From NCBI GenBank assembly GCA_041498975.1, contig JBGQJI010000002.1:1-53331 (forward strand): a stretch of DNA of 53,331 bases, read 5' to 3'. The notes under the pieces are model-generated. The model saw nothing but the letters and a program-made list of their open reading frames with translations. It was not told the DNA's origin and did not search any database. A program made the position numbers and the translations under genes. Shown here piece by piece: positions 38,892 through 48,030 of this stretch. How positions within the stretch are numbered: position 1 is the stretch's first letter; the number at the start of each line of letters is the position of its first letter. The DNA comes from Candidatus Methylomirabilis sp. (GTDB lineage Bacteria > Methylomirabilota > Methylomirabilia > Methylomirabilales > Methylomirabilaceae).

Positions 38892-40121
38892 CTACATCCC
38901 CCAGAGTGCCTTCAGTGCCCACGCCACGAGCGCCCCCCCACCCACGAGCCACGCCGGATTCAGTTGGAACTTCACGATCCCTAGGAGGGCCGCCAACCCG
39001 ATGGCCCACTCTACCCAGCCTCTTAGAGCCGCTCGGCCCAACTCGGCAGTCACCGCAGCCATGAGCCCGATGGCGCTGACATTGACCGCATCGAGGAAAC
39101 CACGCGCAATCGCCGACCGACGAATGCGCGGGATGAGGGGGTTGGTGGCGAGCACAAAGAGAAACGAGGGAAAGAAGATCGCGATAGTGGCGACACATGC
39201 GCCAGGCCAGCCTGCGAGAAGATACCCGATAAAGGTGGCCGTGCTCAGCACCGGGCCAGGTGTGAATTGCCCGATGGCAACAGCATCGAGGAGCTGGAGC
39301 TCGGTCAGCCATCGGTATTCTGCAACCAGCCCTCCTCTCAGGAAAGCGATCAGGACATAGCCGCTGCCAAACAGCACACTCCCGATCTTCAGAAAGAAAA
39401 GGCCGATATTTGAAAGCGAAGGCGGATGGCTGCCCCACGTTGTTGCGTCGCCTGCGCCCATGGCCCCAACCGCGATCGAAGCACCAGCGATGCATCCTAT
39501 ACCCACTAGGAGCGCGAGACCGGTCGGCCTCGGCGGGCCACGAAATATAGTGATCCAGAGGATTCCCGCGGCGCCGCTGCCCAGAAGGAGCACGATCTCG
39601 TTGACGCCAAGGAGCGAAAGCGCAAAGACAGCGAGGCCCAGGGCGGCGAAAGCGGGAGTCTTGACGGCCGTCCGGCCCAACCTGACGACCGCGGACAGGA
39701 TGATGGCAACCACCACCGGCTTGACCCCGAGCAAGAGGCTCGAGGCCTGCGGGATCGATCGAAACCGGACATATGCCCAGGCGAAGCTTAGGGTAATCGC
39801 GGTGGCCGGCAGGATGAAACAGGCGCCGGCTACGAGGAGGCCGGGCAATCCGGCCCGGACCATTCCGATATGAATCGCCATCTCCGTTGAATTGGGGCCG
39901 GGGATGAGATTGACCGCGCCGATGAGGTCGAGGAACTGCTCCCTCGAGATCCAGCGCCGACGGGCAACGACCTCCTCTTCCATCATGGCGATGTGCGCCG
40001 CAGGCCCTCCAAACCCGATCAGACCCAGGCGCAAGAATAGGAGGGCGATCTCCGCCAGTCCGCCCGTGGACGGTAGCCCGTTACGACCCCTGGCAGTTCC
40101 ACCGTCTACGTGCTCCGTCAA
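38892..40121 (-). CDS. chrA: Chromate efflux transporter (long-chain CHR)
   Basis: GFGGPAAH, PGPNSTE, FGSGYVL, TPGP; start uncertain. Confidence 0.92.
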   Translation of the reverse strand: MTEHVDGGTARGRNGLPSTGGLAEIALLFLRLGLIGFGGPAAHIAMMEEEVVARRRWISREQFLDLIGAVNLIPGPNSTEMAIHIGMVRAGLPGLLVAGACFILPATAITLSFAWAYVRFRSIPQASSLLLGVKPVVVAIILSAVVRLGRTAVKTPAFAALGLAVFALSLLGVNEIVLLLGSGAAGILWITIFRGPPRPTGLALLVGIGCIAGASIAVGAMGAGDATTWGSHPPSLSNIGLFFLKIGSVLFGSGYVLIAFLRGGLVAEYRWLTELQLLDAVAIGQFTPGPVLSTATFIGYLLAGWPGACVATIAIFFPSFLFVLATNPLIPRIRRSAIARGFLDAVNVSAIGLMAAVTAELGRAALRGWVEWAIGLAALLGIVKFQLNPAWLVGGGALVAWALKALWGM

Positions 40122-40194
40122 CAACTCCCCTTTCCTGGCGAATCGCCTTTGCGTGCGGTCCAACCGGATCCCTCAGGTGCGAATACGGAGGCCC

Positions 40195-40248
40195 AAAAAT
40201 AAATGGGCAGACTTTCCTGGGCGCCTGCCACACGGAAAGCCTGCCCGT
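40195..40248 (-). terminator. Terminator-like hairpin after the small zinc-ribbon gene
   Basis: GGGCAGgCTTTCC...GGAAAGtCTGCCC followed by ATTTATTTTT. Confidence 0.6.
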
Positions 40249-40271
40249 CAAATCGTCTCGATATCCACGCT

Positions 40272-40418
40272 TTACGCGGCCTCCTTTCGGCTCTCTCGAA
40301 CCTCCTCCACCTTCGGCCTCCCACCGGGCCGACAGGTGGGACATTCATAGGTTAGCTTCGCCGGATCGTACCGGAGGTCAACTCCGCACTCCAAGCACTT
40401 CGGCGCGATACCGGGCAT
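40272..40418 (-). CDS. 48-aa zinc-ribbon microprotein (not in the ORF track)
   Basis: MPGIAPKCLECGVDLRYDPAKLTYECPTCRPGGRPKVEEVRESRKEAA; SD AAGGAGGTGA; downstream terminator. Confidence 0.8.
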   Translation of the reverse strand: MPGIAPKCLECGVDLRYDPAKLTYECPTCRPGGRPKVEEVRESRKEAA

Positions 40419-40553
40419 GCTGATCACCTCCTTCCTGCCAGCGGCGTCACGTTATCATCTCATCACCTCCTTTCTGCTTTCCCCACTCTCTTGAGGGGGG
40501 AATCTGTACGCCATCGGTCGAGTCTCGCCTTTGCGGCCGAAACTCCCTCCGCC

Positions 40554-42041
40554 CTACCCCTCGGACGTAATCACCACATACCGCGTGTCGCCGTCCCGCT
40601 TGATCAGGAGGACCGTCGGCTCATCCGGCCGGGTTTTCTCCAGGGCCTTCCGGACCTGGTTCACTGTGGCCACCTTGGACCGGTTGATTTCCAGGATCAG
40701 GTCCCCAGGTTGCAAACCTGCGCCCTCGGCGGGGCTATCGGGCTCGACACTCGTGATCACCACACCCTTGTCATCCTTGATCCCGAACTTGCGGGCCAGC
40801 GCGGGGTTGAGCTGCTGGACATCGATCCCCAGTCTGGATTTCGGAGAGGAAGGCGTCGTCGCTGCCAACTGCTCCTCCTTCAACTCCCCGACCTTGACCT
40901 GCAACGTCACCTCGGCCCCGTCGCGGACGACCTTCATTGCGACCTCTTTTCCGACCGCGGTGCTGGCCACGACGTGGGGGAGCTCAGTAGAGGACTTGAC
41001 CTTCTTGCCGTCGAACTCTACGATGACGTCCCCCTGCTTCACCCCGGCGTTTTCGGCCGGCGAGCCATCCACCACGTCGGACACGAGTGCCCCATTCGTC
41101 TGCTTCAAGCCGAATGTCTTCGCCAGCTCGGGGGTGATCTGCTGGATCGCCACGCCCAGCCACCCCCGGGTCACGCTCCCTCGCTCCTTGAGCTGAGGCA
41201 GCACCTCCTTGGCCATGTCGATGGGGATGGCAAAGCCGATCCCGATGGAACCGCCTGTCGGGCTGAAAATGGCTGTGTTGATGCCGACCGCCTCACCGTT
41301 GGTGTTGATCAAGGGCCCGCCGCTATTGCCACGGTTGATGGAGGCGTCGGTCTGGATGAAGTTATCGTACGGCCCCTCACCGATGAATCGGCCCTTGGCG
41401 CTCACGATCCCCGTGGTGACCGTCTGGTTCAGGCCAAACGGATTGCCGATCGCCATGACCGGCTCGCCCACCTCCAGCTTGTCCGAGTTGCCAAATGGGA
41501 TCACCGGGAGATTGGACGCCTCGATCTTGATGAGGGCAATGTCGGTCTTCGGATCCCTTCCGACCAACTTCGCCTTGAAGTCGCGGCCGTCGCCAAGCTT
41601 GACGGTGATGTCCGTCGCGTTCTCGACCACATGGTTGTTGGTCAGGATGTAGCCCTCTTTGTTGATGATGAAGCCCGACCCCAGGCTCGTGGATTTGAAC
41701 TGTCGCGGAGTATCGCCGAAGAACCGCTTGAAAAACTCGTTGAACGGATCGTCTTCGCCGAACGGCCCATGGAACCGCATGCTCCTGCCCTTCATAACCT
41801 GCGTCGTGCTCACGTTCGCAACGGAAGGGGTCAGTTCCTTGGCCAACCGAACCCAGATCTTGCCGTCTGAGGTCTGGCTCGAACTGAACGGCCCGTCCTC
41901 CCGTTTCTCCGTCCACAACTGAGACGTGGTCGCCTTCGTCAGTGGGACCAGGTTCAATGAGGCCGTGATCACAATTCCCACGATAAGGCAGGAAGCTGCA
42001 ACAGCTAGCAGGGTCCTGCCTGTAAACCTTCCATTCCCCAT
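40554..42041 (-). CDS. DegP/DegQ (Do family) serine protease, two PDZ domains
   Basis: LGSGFI, TNNHV, DIAL, INRGNSGGPL, two PDZ domains. Confidence 0.95.
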   Translation of the reverse strand: MGNGRFTGRTLLAVAASCLIVGIVITASLNLVPLTKATTSQLWTEKREDGPFSSSQTSDGKIWVRLAKELTPSVANVSTTQVMKGRSMRFHGPFGEDDPFNEFFKRFFGDTPRQFKSTSLGSGFIINKEGYILTNNHVVENATDITVKLGDGRDFKAKLVGRDPKTDIALIKIEASNLPVIPFGNSDKLEVGEPVMAIGNPFGLNQTVTTGIVSAKGRFIGEGPYDNFIQTDASINRGNSGGPLINTNGEAVGINTAIFSPTGGSIGIGFAIPIDMAKEVLPQLKERGSVTRGWLGVAIQQITPELAKTFGLKQTNGALVSDVVDGSPAENAGVKQGDVIVEFDGKKVKSSTELPHVVASTAVGKEVAMKVVRDGAEVTLQVKVGELKEEQLAATTPSSPKSRLGIDVQQLNPALARKFGIKDDKGVVITSVEPDSPAEGAGLQPGDLILEINRSKVATVNQVRKALEKTRPDEPTVLLIKRDGDTRYVVITSEG

Positions 42042-42675
42042 CTTTTCCCCCATTAGGTGCGTAGCAAGCTCCTCGATTCGCTGGTGCACAAACCATCGTG
42101 CCCCTATTCGGCCCATTCGGCGCAGGAAACACCTCTTTCGATGATCGCCTACAACCCGGCTGTAAGCCTCCGATCACGCTGGCTTTCAATTAGACAGTGT
42201 AGCAAACCGGCCGTTTAACTTCAAGGTCTCTGAACGGTTTCTGAAAGGCCCCAGGAATGGGGGTGGACAATTCCTCGTCTTGAGCCTGCCTGTCGTTGTC
42301 CGCCGGCAATCGTCCCAGGTGACGCGTGAGCTGGACGACGGTGGCGTCAGTCAAGCGGGACTCCTCGAGATCGCGGCTCATGGCTGGCTGCTGTCGCGAC
42401 AGCCGAAGGTCTTCATTCCGCTCCTCGTCGCGGTGAGGGCGATGGCTTCACGCAGCGGGCAGGATAGGCAAAGCCCGTAGGCGGGTCAAGACGGCAGTGC
42501 AAATGCGCGTGTCGAATTCCGCACTCGGCTGTATAATCATGATACATTTTCCTGGAGAAACGCCCGGAAGGCGTCTCAGATCACTCGACGCTCAGCCGAT
42601 CCTTGGCTCGCAGGAATTACGGCGCACCATGAATCGGAGGCCTGAGAAGCCACTCGACGAGATACAGGCTGGCGA

Positions 42676-43236
42676 ATGGAAATGGACGATAGACATCTGC
42701 ACACCATCGGGCACTCGACGCGCAGCCTCGAAGAGCTCGTCAGTCTGCTCCACACCTTCCGGATAGACTGCCTCGCCGATGTCCGGACCATTCCGCGCTC
42801 GCGGCACACCCCGCAGTTCAACCATGAAGCGCTGGAGATCGAGCTCCCCAACGCCGCACTGCGATACGTCCATCTTCCTCGGCTGGGCGGGCTCAGGAAA
42901 AGCTCCGGCAAGGGATCGCTCAACAGCGGCTGGCGCAATGCGGGCTTCCTTGCCTTCGCCGATTATATGCAGAGCGAGGAGTTCGCTCATGGCCTCGACC
43001 AGTTGTGGATGCTCGCGGGACAGGCCCGGACCGCCATCATGTGCGCCGAGGCCCTCTACTGGCGGTGCCATCGTTCCCTGATCGCCGACGCATTTACGGT
43101 TCGCGGCGGCACGGTCTCCCACATCCTTTCCGACCAGAAGATCGAACGCCACCGGATGACCTCGTTCGCCGTGGTGATTGATGGGCGCATTACCTATCCT
43201 CCCCCTGCTCTACCTCAGGCTTCATTCCTGACATAG
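42676..43236 (+). CDS. DUF488 family protein
   Basis: TIGHSTR, DVRTIPRSR, LGGLR, MCAE...CHRSLIAD. Confidence 0.9.
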   Translation: MEMDDRHLHTIGHSTRSLEELVSLLHTFRIDCLADVRTIPRSRHTPQFNHEALEIELPNAALRYVHLPRLGGLRKSSGKGSLNSGWRNAGFLAFADYMQSEEFAHGLDQLWMLAGQARTAIMCAEALYWRCHRSLIADAFTVRGGTVSHILSDQKIERHRMTSFAVVIDGRITYPPPALPQASFLT

Positions 43237-43388
43237 AATCCCGGATCGGCCCGTGAACCCTGCTCAGGTCTCGAGCAGCCTGCATAGATAGCCGAGCTCC
43301 AGTCTTTCACCCTTCCGCATCCGCTTCTGATCGGCCGGCCGACTGCCGATGACTTCGCCAGTTGAGAGGCCTGTGCCTCGTTGCAGAA

Positions 43389-43427
43389 CAAAAAGACGCC
43401 GGCCGGTTCGCGTGAACCGGCCGGCGC
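43389..43427 (-). terminator. Intrinsic terminator after ssrA
   Basis: CGCCGGCCGGTTC-ACGC-GAACCGGCCGGCG followed by TCTTTTT. Confidence 0.85.
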
Positions 43428-43440
43428 TCCTATCGAATGA

Positions 43441-43789
43441 TGGTGGAGGCGGCGGGAGTCGAACCCGCGTCCGAGGACATGTCGGAAAGGGCGTCTACGT
43501 GCGTAGCCTGCGTACGTTGATTCGCCTCTCCTGCCCCCACAGGCGGGGTCGTGGATCGGCTAGCTCATTTGGTCTCGCTCGCCTCTCCCGAGCAGGAAAG
43601 GCAAGCCAGCCCGCCTATACGGCGCCCAATTCCCGCCCGGCGGACACGGCGGGGTGGACGTGGCCACCCTTAGGCAGCCAGTGCCAATTCGTGGTTGGCA
43701 GTTGCTTGTATTTCCACCTTTTTACGAGGAGATGGAACCTCGGCACGCAACCCTAACCCCCTTGGCCCCGTCGAAACCGGAGCGCCCCC
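43441..43789 (-). ncRNA. ssrA: tmRNA; tag peptide ANHELALAA* (43670-43699)
   Basis: 5' GGGGGCG...TTCGAC; 3' T-arm GGTTCGACTCC and CGCCTCCACCA with a G3-U pair; adjacent to smpB. Confidence 0.96.
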
Positions 43790-43867
43790 ATCGGAAAGTC
43801 ATCGGTGTAAGCGAAATATACTGGGGTTAAAGGAGCACTTATACTATATGCCGCAACGACGGAAAAG

Positions 43868-44347
43868 TCAAGGCTCCCGACGGTCCGCCCGGCCGCGGGC
43901 AAGCTGAGCCATTTCCCTCGCCATGGCCCGCTGCTTCAGGGCTTCCCGCTTATCGTACAGTTTCTTCCCTTTGGCGAGGGCCAGTTCTAACTTGATCTTG
44001 CGTCGAACTGTGTAGAAACTCAAGGGGATCAAGGTGAGGCCCTTTTCCTGGACCTTCCCCATGAGCCTGTCGATCTCCTCGCGGTGCATCAGGAGCTTGC
44101 GCTTCCGATTTGGGTCCGGGTTGAAGCGGGTGCCCGCGGAATACGGGCTGATATGGCAGTTGAACAGATAGACCTCCTTGCCTTCGATCGTCGCGTAGCT
44201 GTCCTTCAGGTCGGCCCGGCCATCTCGCAGCGACTTCACCTCGGTCCCGGTGAGCGCGATGCCTACCTCGACGACCTCCACGATCTCGTAATCGTGCCTC
44301 GCTCGGCGATTGGAGCAAAGCGTTCTCCTTTCCTGCGCCTGTTGCAT
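43868..44347 (-). CDS. smpB: SsrA-binding protein
   Basis: NRRARHDY, GIALTGTEVKSLR, RKLLMH, GKKLYDKRE. Confidence 0.97.
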   Translation of the reverse strand: MQQAQERRTLCSNRRARHDYEIVEVVEVGIALTGTEVKSLRDGRADLKDSYATIEGKEVYLFNCHISPYSAGTRFNPDPNRKRKLLMHREEIDRLMGKVQEKGLTLIPLSFYTVRRKIKLELALAKGKKLYDKREALKQRAMAREMAQLARGRADRREP

Positions 44348-44409
44348 CGCGCTGACTATAGCCTAGCCAAATGAGGCGCCGCAAGGGAAATCCCGGGACT
44401 GCTGCGATC

Positions 44410-44467
44410 CGAGCGACAAATTCGAGCGACAAATTCGATTGACACGGAGATGGGCACGTAGTATAGA
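44410..44467 (+). promoter_or_regulatory. pal promoter preceded by a 13-bp tandem repeat
   Basis: CGAGCGACAAATT x2, then TTGACA-17 bp-TATAGA. Confidence 0.55.
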
Positions 44468-44618
44468 TGCTCCAGCGCTGAAAAGGATACTCCCTTTCGA
44501 TCTGATCTGTGCTGTGATGGGGGCCTATCTTAACCCCGCGCCCGACCGAGGCTGGAGTGTTTCCTCGCCCCGGGGACGGTCTTCTTCACATGACGCAGGT
44601 TTGGAGGAGGCGAAGCCG

Positions 44619-45278
44619 ATGATGATGAGGCCCATGAAGTTCACAACTATTCCGACGATGGCGTTGGTGATGGCCATTCCGTTCCTGCTGTCGGGCTGCC
44701 CGAAGCGGGCGGATGTTGCCGATATCGGCGCCCAATCGGCCCCCGCTCAGGCGGGAGCAGTATCACCGTCCACAGGAACCTCGACCTCTCGCCCTACCGG
44801 CTCGGCTGGGGAGCCATCTCGATCGTACTCCAGTACGGTCACGCCCAAAGAGGAGATGGTCAGCCCTCCCACCGGCGTTCAGGAACAGCCCGTAAAGGGA
44901 GCGCCTTCGGCACGACCATCTGGGACGGCGGCAGGCCAGACATCCCCGCTCAAGGATATCTTTTTCGATTTCGACAAATCGAACATCCGGGATGACGCAA
45001 AGCCAAACCTCTCCGAGGATCTCCAGTGGCTTAAAGCCAATTCGAGCGCCCAGATCAGCATCGAGGGACACTGCGACGAACGAGGCACGGCCGAGTATAA
45101 CCTGGGCCTGGGCGAACGACGGGCGAAGGCGACCAGGGACTACCTCGTGGCGGCTGGGATCGATGGGAAGCGGATGAAGGTCATCAGCTACGGAAAGGAG
45201 CGCCCCTTTGTGCTGGGCCACGATGAGGCAGCCTGGAGGTGGAACCGAAGAGCCCACTTCGTGATAGATGGGCAGTAG
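44619..45278 (+). CDS. pal: Peptidoglycan-associated lipoprotein (OmpA family)
   Basis: Lipobox LSGC; IFFDFDKS, EGHCDERGT.EYNL.LGERRA, SYGKERP, NRRA. Confidence 0.93.
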   Translation: MMMRPMKFTTIPTMALVMAIPFLLSGCPKRADVADIGAQSAPAQAGAVSPSTGTSTSRPTGSAGEPSRSYSSTVTPKEEMVSPPTGVQEQPVKGAPSARPSGTAAGQTSPLKDIFFDFDKSNIRDDAKPNLSEDLQWLKANSSAQISIEGHCDERGTAEYNLGLGERRAKATRDYLVAAGIDGKRMKVISYGKERPFVLGHDEAAWRWNRRAHFVIDGQ

Positions 45279-45432
45279 CCACGCGGCAACAGAAGACACT
45301 CCGACCCCCGGCTTTTCCACCGGCCGGAGACCGGATCTAGCTTTCTTCGCCGCGTTGGAGTGTGCTAACGAGAAGTAGTCCGGGAAGTCACCCCGCGTCT
45401 TTGGGGATGCACGCACCCCAGGTTCAGGGTGG

Positions 45433-45546
45433 TCACACACCTGTCTCGATATCTGCCTGCTTATACCCCTGTTCCAGGATGCGGTTCAACCACTCGACGA
45501 GCCATCGCATCCTATCCCTCCAGGTCGCCCGCGTTTTCGCCGTCAT
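45433..45546 (-). CDS. Small ORF, 37 aa to the first UGA, possibly extended by UGA recoding
   Basis: MTAKTRATWRDRMRWLVEWLNRILEQGYKQADIETGV-UGA-PP-UGA; SD-like GAGGGGG. Confidence 0.45.
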   Translation of the reverse strand: MTAKTRATWRDRMRWLVEWLNRILEQGYKQADIETGV

Positions 45547-45580
45547 GCGAATTGCCCCCTCTGCAAGCCTTGCATAAGGC

Positions 45581-47002
45581 CTAAGGACGGAAGAAGACCA
45601 AGGTGACGACGACGAACAGCGGAATCAGGACGCCGCCGGAATACTTCATGTACCCGAAGAACGAGGGCATCTTGATCCCCGACTCTTCCGCGATCGCCTT
45701 GACCATGAAGTTGGGGCCGTTCCCGATGTAGGTGTTGGCGCCCATCGACACGGCCCCGACGGAAATGGCCGTCAGCAGCATCTCGCCCGTGATACCTCCC
45801 TTCATAGCCTGGAGAAGCTGGTCCAGGTGGATCGCCTCCGTTCCCAACAGGCCGCTCGCCGTCGTGGCAAAGGTAAGGTAGGTTGGGGCATTATCGAGGA
45901 CACTTGAGAGGGAGCCGGTCGCCCAGAAGAAGTGCCACGGTTGCTTGAGGCCAAGTTGTTCCCCGCGGGCCTCCAGGATCGCCAGGGCAGGGACCATCGT
46001 CGCGAAGATCCCCGCGAAGAGCACCGCCACTTCCACAATGGGGTGAAAGGTGAACCGGTTCGCGGCACGGGTCTCCTTTCTCGTTGCAACAAGGGAAAGG
46101 GCCGCAAGGAGGCCCATCCCAATCACCTGTGCCCCCTTGCGCGCATGCTCGGACTGTAGCCCGATCTCCTCGCCAAACCGGCCGACGACAAAGGCCACCG
46201 CCAGCACCCCAAGCAGCAGCAGGAAGTTAGCCTTCCCCTCCACGCCCAGCTTCTCCTTGACCTGCATCTCCTTGTGCAAGGCCCCCGGGCTCGCCGCACG
46301 CTCCGCATTGAAGAGGCGCTGGTCCCATGAAAAAAAGATGACAAGCAATGCCGCGTTCATCAGAAGCCAATGAGGGAAGAGCCGAAGGGTCCACTCGAAA
46401 GGGACCCCACGAAGAAAGCCGAGAAAGAGTGGCGGGTCGCCGAGGGGGGTGAGGAGCCCTCCGATGTTCGAGACGACGAAGATGAAGAACACCATGATGT
46501 GGACCTGGTGCCGCCGCTCCTCGTTGGCGCGGAGCATTGGGCGGATGAGCAGCATGGAGGCGCCCGTGGTCCCTACGACATTCGCGAGGATGGCGCCCGC
46601 CGCCAGGACTCCGGTGTTCACGGAGGGGGTTCCCTCTAATGAACCGCGCAGGAAGATCCCTCCGGAAATGATGAAGAGCGCAGCGAGAAGGACAATAAAC
46701 GCGCTATACTCGATCCCGGTCTCGACGAGCCGGTGGGCATCCAACATGGAGATGTAGACTGCCACCGGGAGGCCGAAGATGCCGCTGATGAACCCCTTCT
46801 TGAGATTGGATTCCCACCAGTGGGGGACAATCAGGGGAAGGAGTGCGATACAAAGGAGTAGGAGGACGAATGGGGCCACCCACCCCAACGACAGTTGATG
46901 GCCCAGGCTCGTCCCACCCCCCTCCGCTGCGGCAACAGCCGGATCAGCGAAAGATATTGCTGCAATGAGCGCGAGGCTCGCGTACGGAACTCGAGCGGCC
47001 AC
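45581..47002 (-). CDS. Ion transporter superfamily protein (putative Na+/H+ antiporter, CitMHS_2-like)
   Basis: GTTGASMLLIRP, LTPLGDPPLFLG, LDNAPTYL, TYIGNGPNFMVKAIAE; start uncertain. Confidence 0.85.
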   Translation of the reverse strand: MAARVPYASLALIAAISFADPAVAAAEGGGTSLGHQLSLGWVAPFVLLLLCIALLPLIVPHWWESNLKKGFISGIFGLPVAVYISMLDAHRLVETGIEYSAFIVLLAALFIISGGIFLRGSLEGTPSVNTGVLAAGAILANVVGTTGASMLLIRPMLRANEERRHQVHIMVFFIFVVSNIGGLLTPLGDPPLFLGFLRGVPFEWTLRLFPHWLLMNAALLVIFFSWDQRLFNAERAASPGALHKEMQVKEKLGVEGKANFLLLLGVLAVAFVVGRFGEEIGLQSEHARKGAQVIGMGLLAALSLVATRKETRAANRFTFHPIVEVAVLFAGIFATMVPALAILEARGEQLGLKQPWHFFWATGSLSSVLDNAPTYLTFATTASGLLGTEAIHLDQLLQAMKGGITGEMLLTAISVGAVSMGANTYIGNGPNFMVKAIAEESGIKMPSFFGYMKYSGGVLIPLFVVVTLVFFRP

Positions 47003-47196
47003 CTGCGATTTCGCCCCACACCGCCAGCCACGCGAGCGCCCCTGCCATCCTTGGCATGAAGTCGTGTGGCCATCCCGCCAGCCAAGTCTGCCCCTGGCCA
47101 CGATCTGCCGAATTCCGATCATAAAGCTTCCGAAGGAGCGAGACCCCATCGCGCACCTGCTCGATCCCGTAGCAGACAGTCTTTCATTGACGTGGA

Positions 47197-47769
47197 TCAC
47201 GAGATGATATCGACCACCCCGCTCTCCAGATCGTAACATGCCCCAACGTTCTTGAGCTTCTCTTCTTTGACCAATTCCGCCAGGAGCGGTCTTGAGGATA
47301 TCAATCGACCGACCACCATCTGGACGTGGGCCTTCCCCGCATCCCCCCAGTTCAGCGGCCGGCCGGTCTTTCACCGCGGGCCTGATAGCTTCGACGACGC
47401 TGGCGACATTTCCGTGGGCGTCACCCTCCTTCACCGACGCTTCAACCGCCGCGCATCCCTGATGACCGAGTACCACAAGTAATGGTGACCCGAGATGACC
47501 TGTGGCGTATTCATTGGCCCCCAGCACGACATTGCTTACGACATGGCCTGTCACACCCTGATGACAAACAGATCACCGGGGCCCTGGTCAAAAACGATTT
47601 CAGGAAGTACCGTCGAATCCGAACAGTCCTCTATGACGGAAAACGGCTGCTGCCGTTCGACAACCGCGGTGCGGCGTTGGACCGTTTGGTTGGGATAGGT
47701 CCGTTGCGCCGCAGCAAACCGCTGATTGCCGGGGATCAGTTATTGCAATGCCTGGTCACCGGCGAACAT
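47197..47769 (-). pseudogene. Beta-carbonic anhydrase pseudogene
   Basis: GNQRF, CSDSTV.PEIVFDQG.GDLFVIRV, LVVLGHQGCAAV, VGACYDLESGVV; TAA at codon 10 and at least two frameshifts. Confidence 0.88.
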
Positions 47770-47949
47770 TTTCCCACCGAGACCTCCTATCCAGTTCAGG
47801 GAACCGGACCTCGCTGAACGAGTCATCTGCTAACAGCCGTACCTGTGACACCGTTACAGGGTAATCAATCGTCAAAGACACGAAGCTTCTTGCCGCGCAG
47901 CCACCATCCTCATGTGGATTGCACTGACTGAGAGCACGAACGCAGCCTC

Positions 47950-47989
47950 AAAACACAACAAGAGGCCCACCCTACAGATGGGCCTCTTG
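47950..47989 (-). terminator. Terminator after the OFA-family MFS gene
   Basis: 12-bp inverted repeat ACAAGAGGCCCA/TGGGCCTCTTGT followed by TGTGTTTT. Confidence 0.7.
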
Positions 47990-48030
47990 TCGAAGCAACT
48001 TCTGGGAATAGTCTGATCGAGATGCCGCGC

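Noticed and set aside
42190..43441. Genomic island integrated at the ssrA 3' end
   Set aside because: No duplicated ssrA 3' end or integrase seen, and the native terminator follows directly
45581..47554. 657-aa ORF as a carbonic anhydrase-antiporter fusion
   Set aside because: The CA part is the middle of a frameshifted pseudogene whose own C-terminus ends at 47197 in another frame; the joining segment is not protein-like
47780..47940. Fluoride or other riboswitch upstream of the CA/antiporter unit
   Set aside because: Only a partial GATGACTC-like match; the conserved 5' element is not evident
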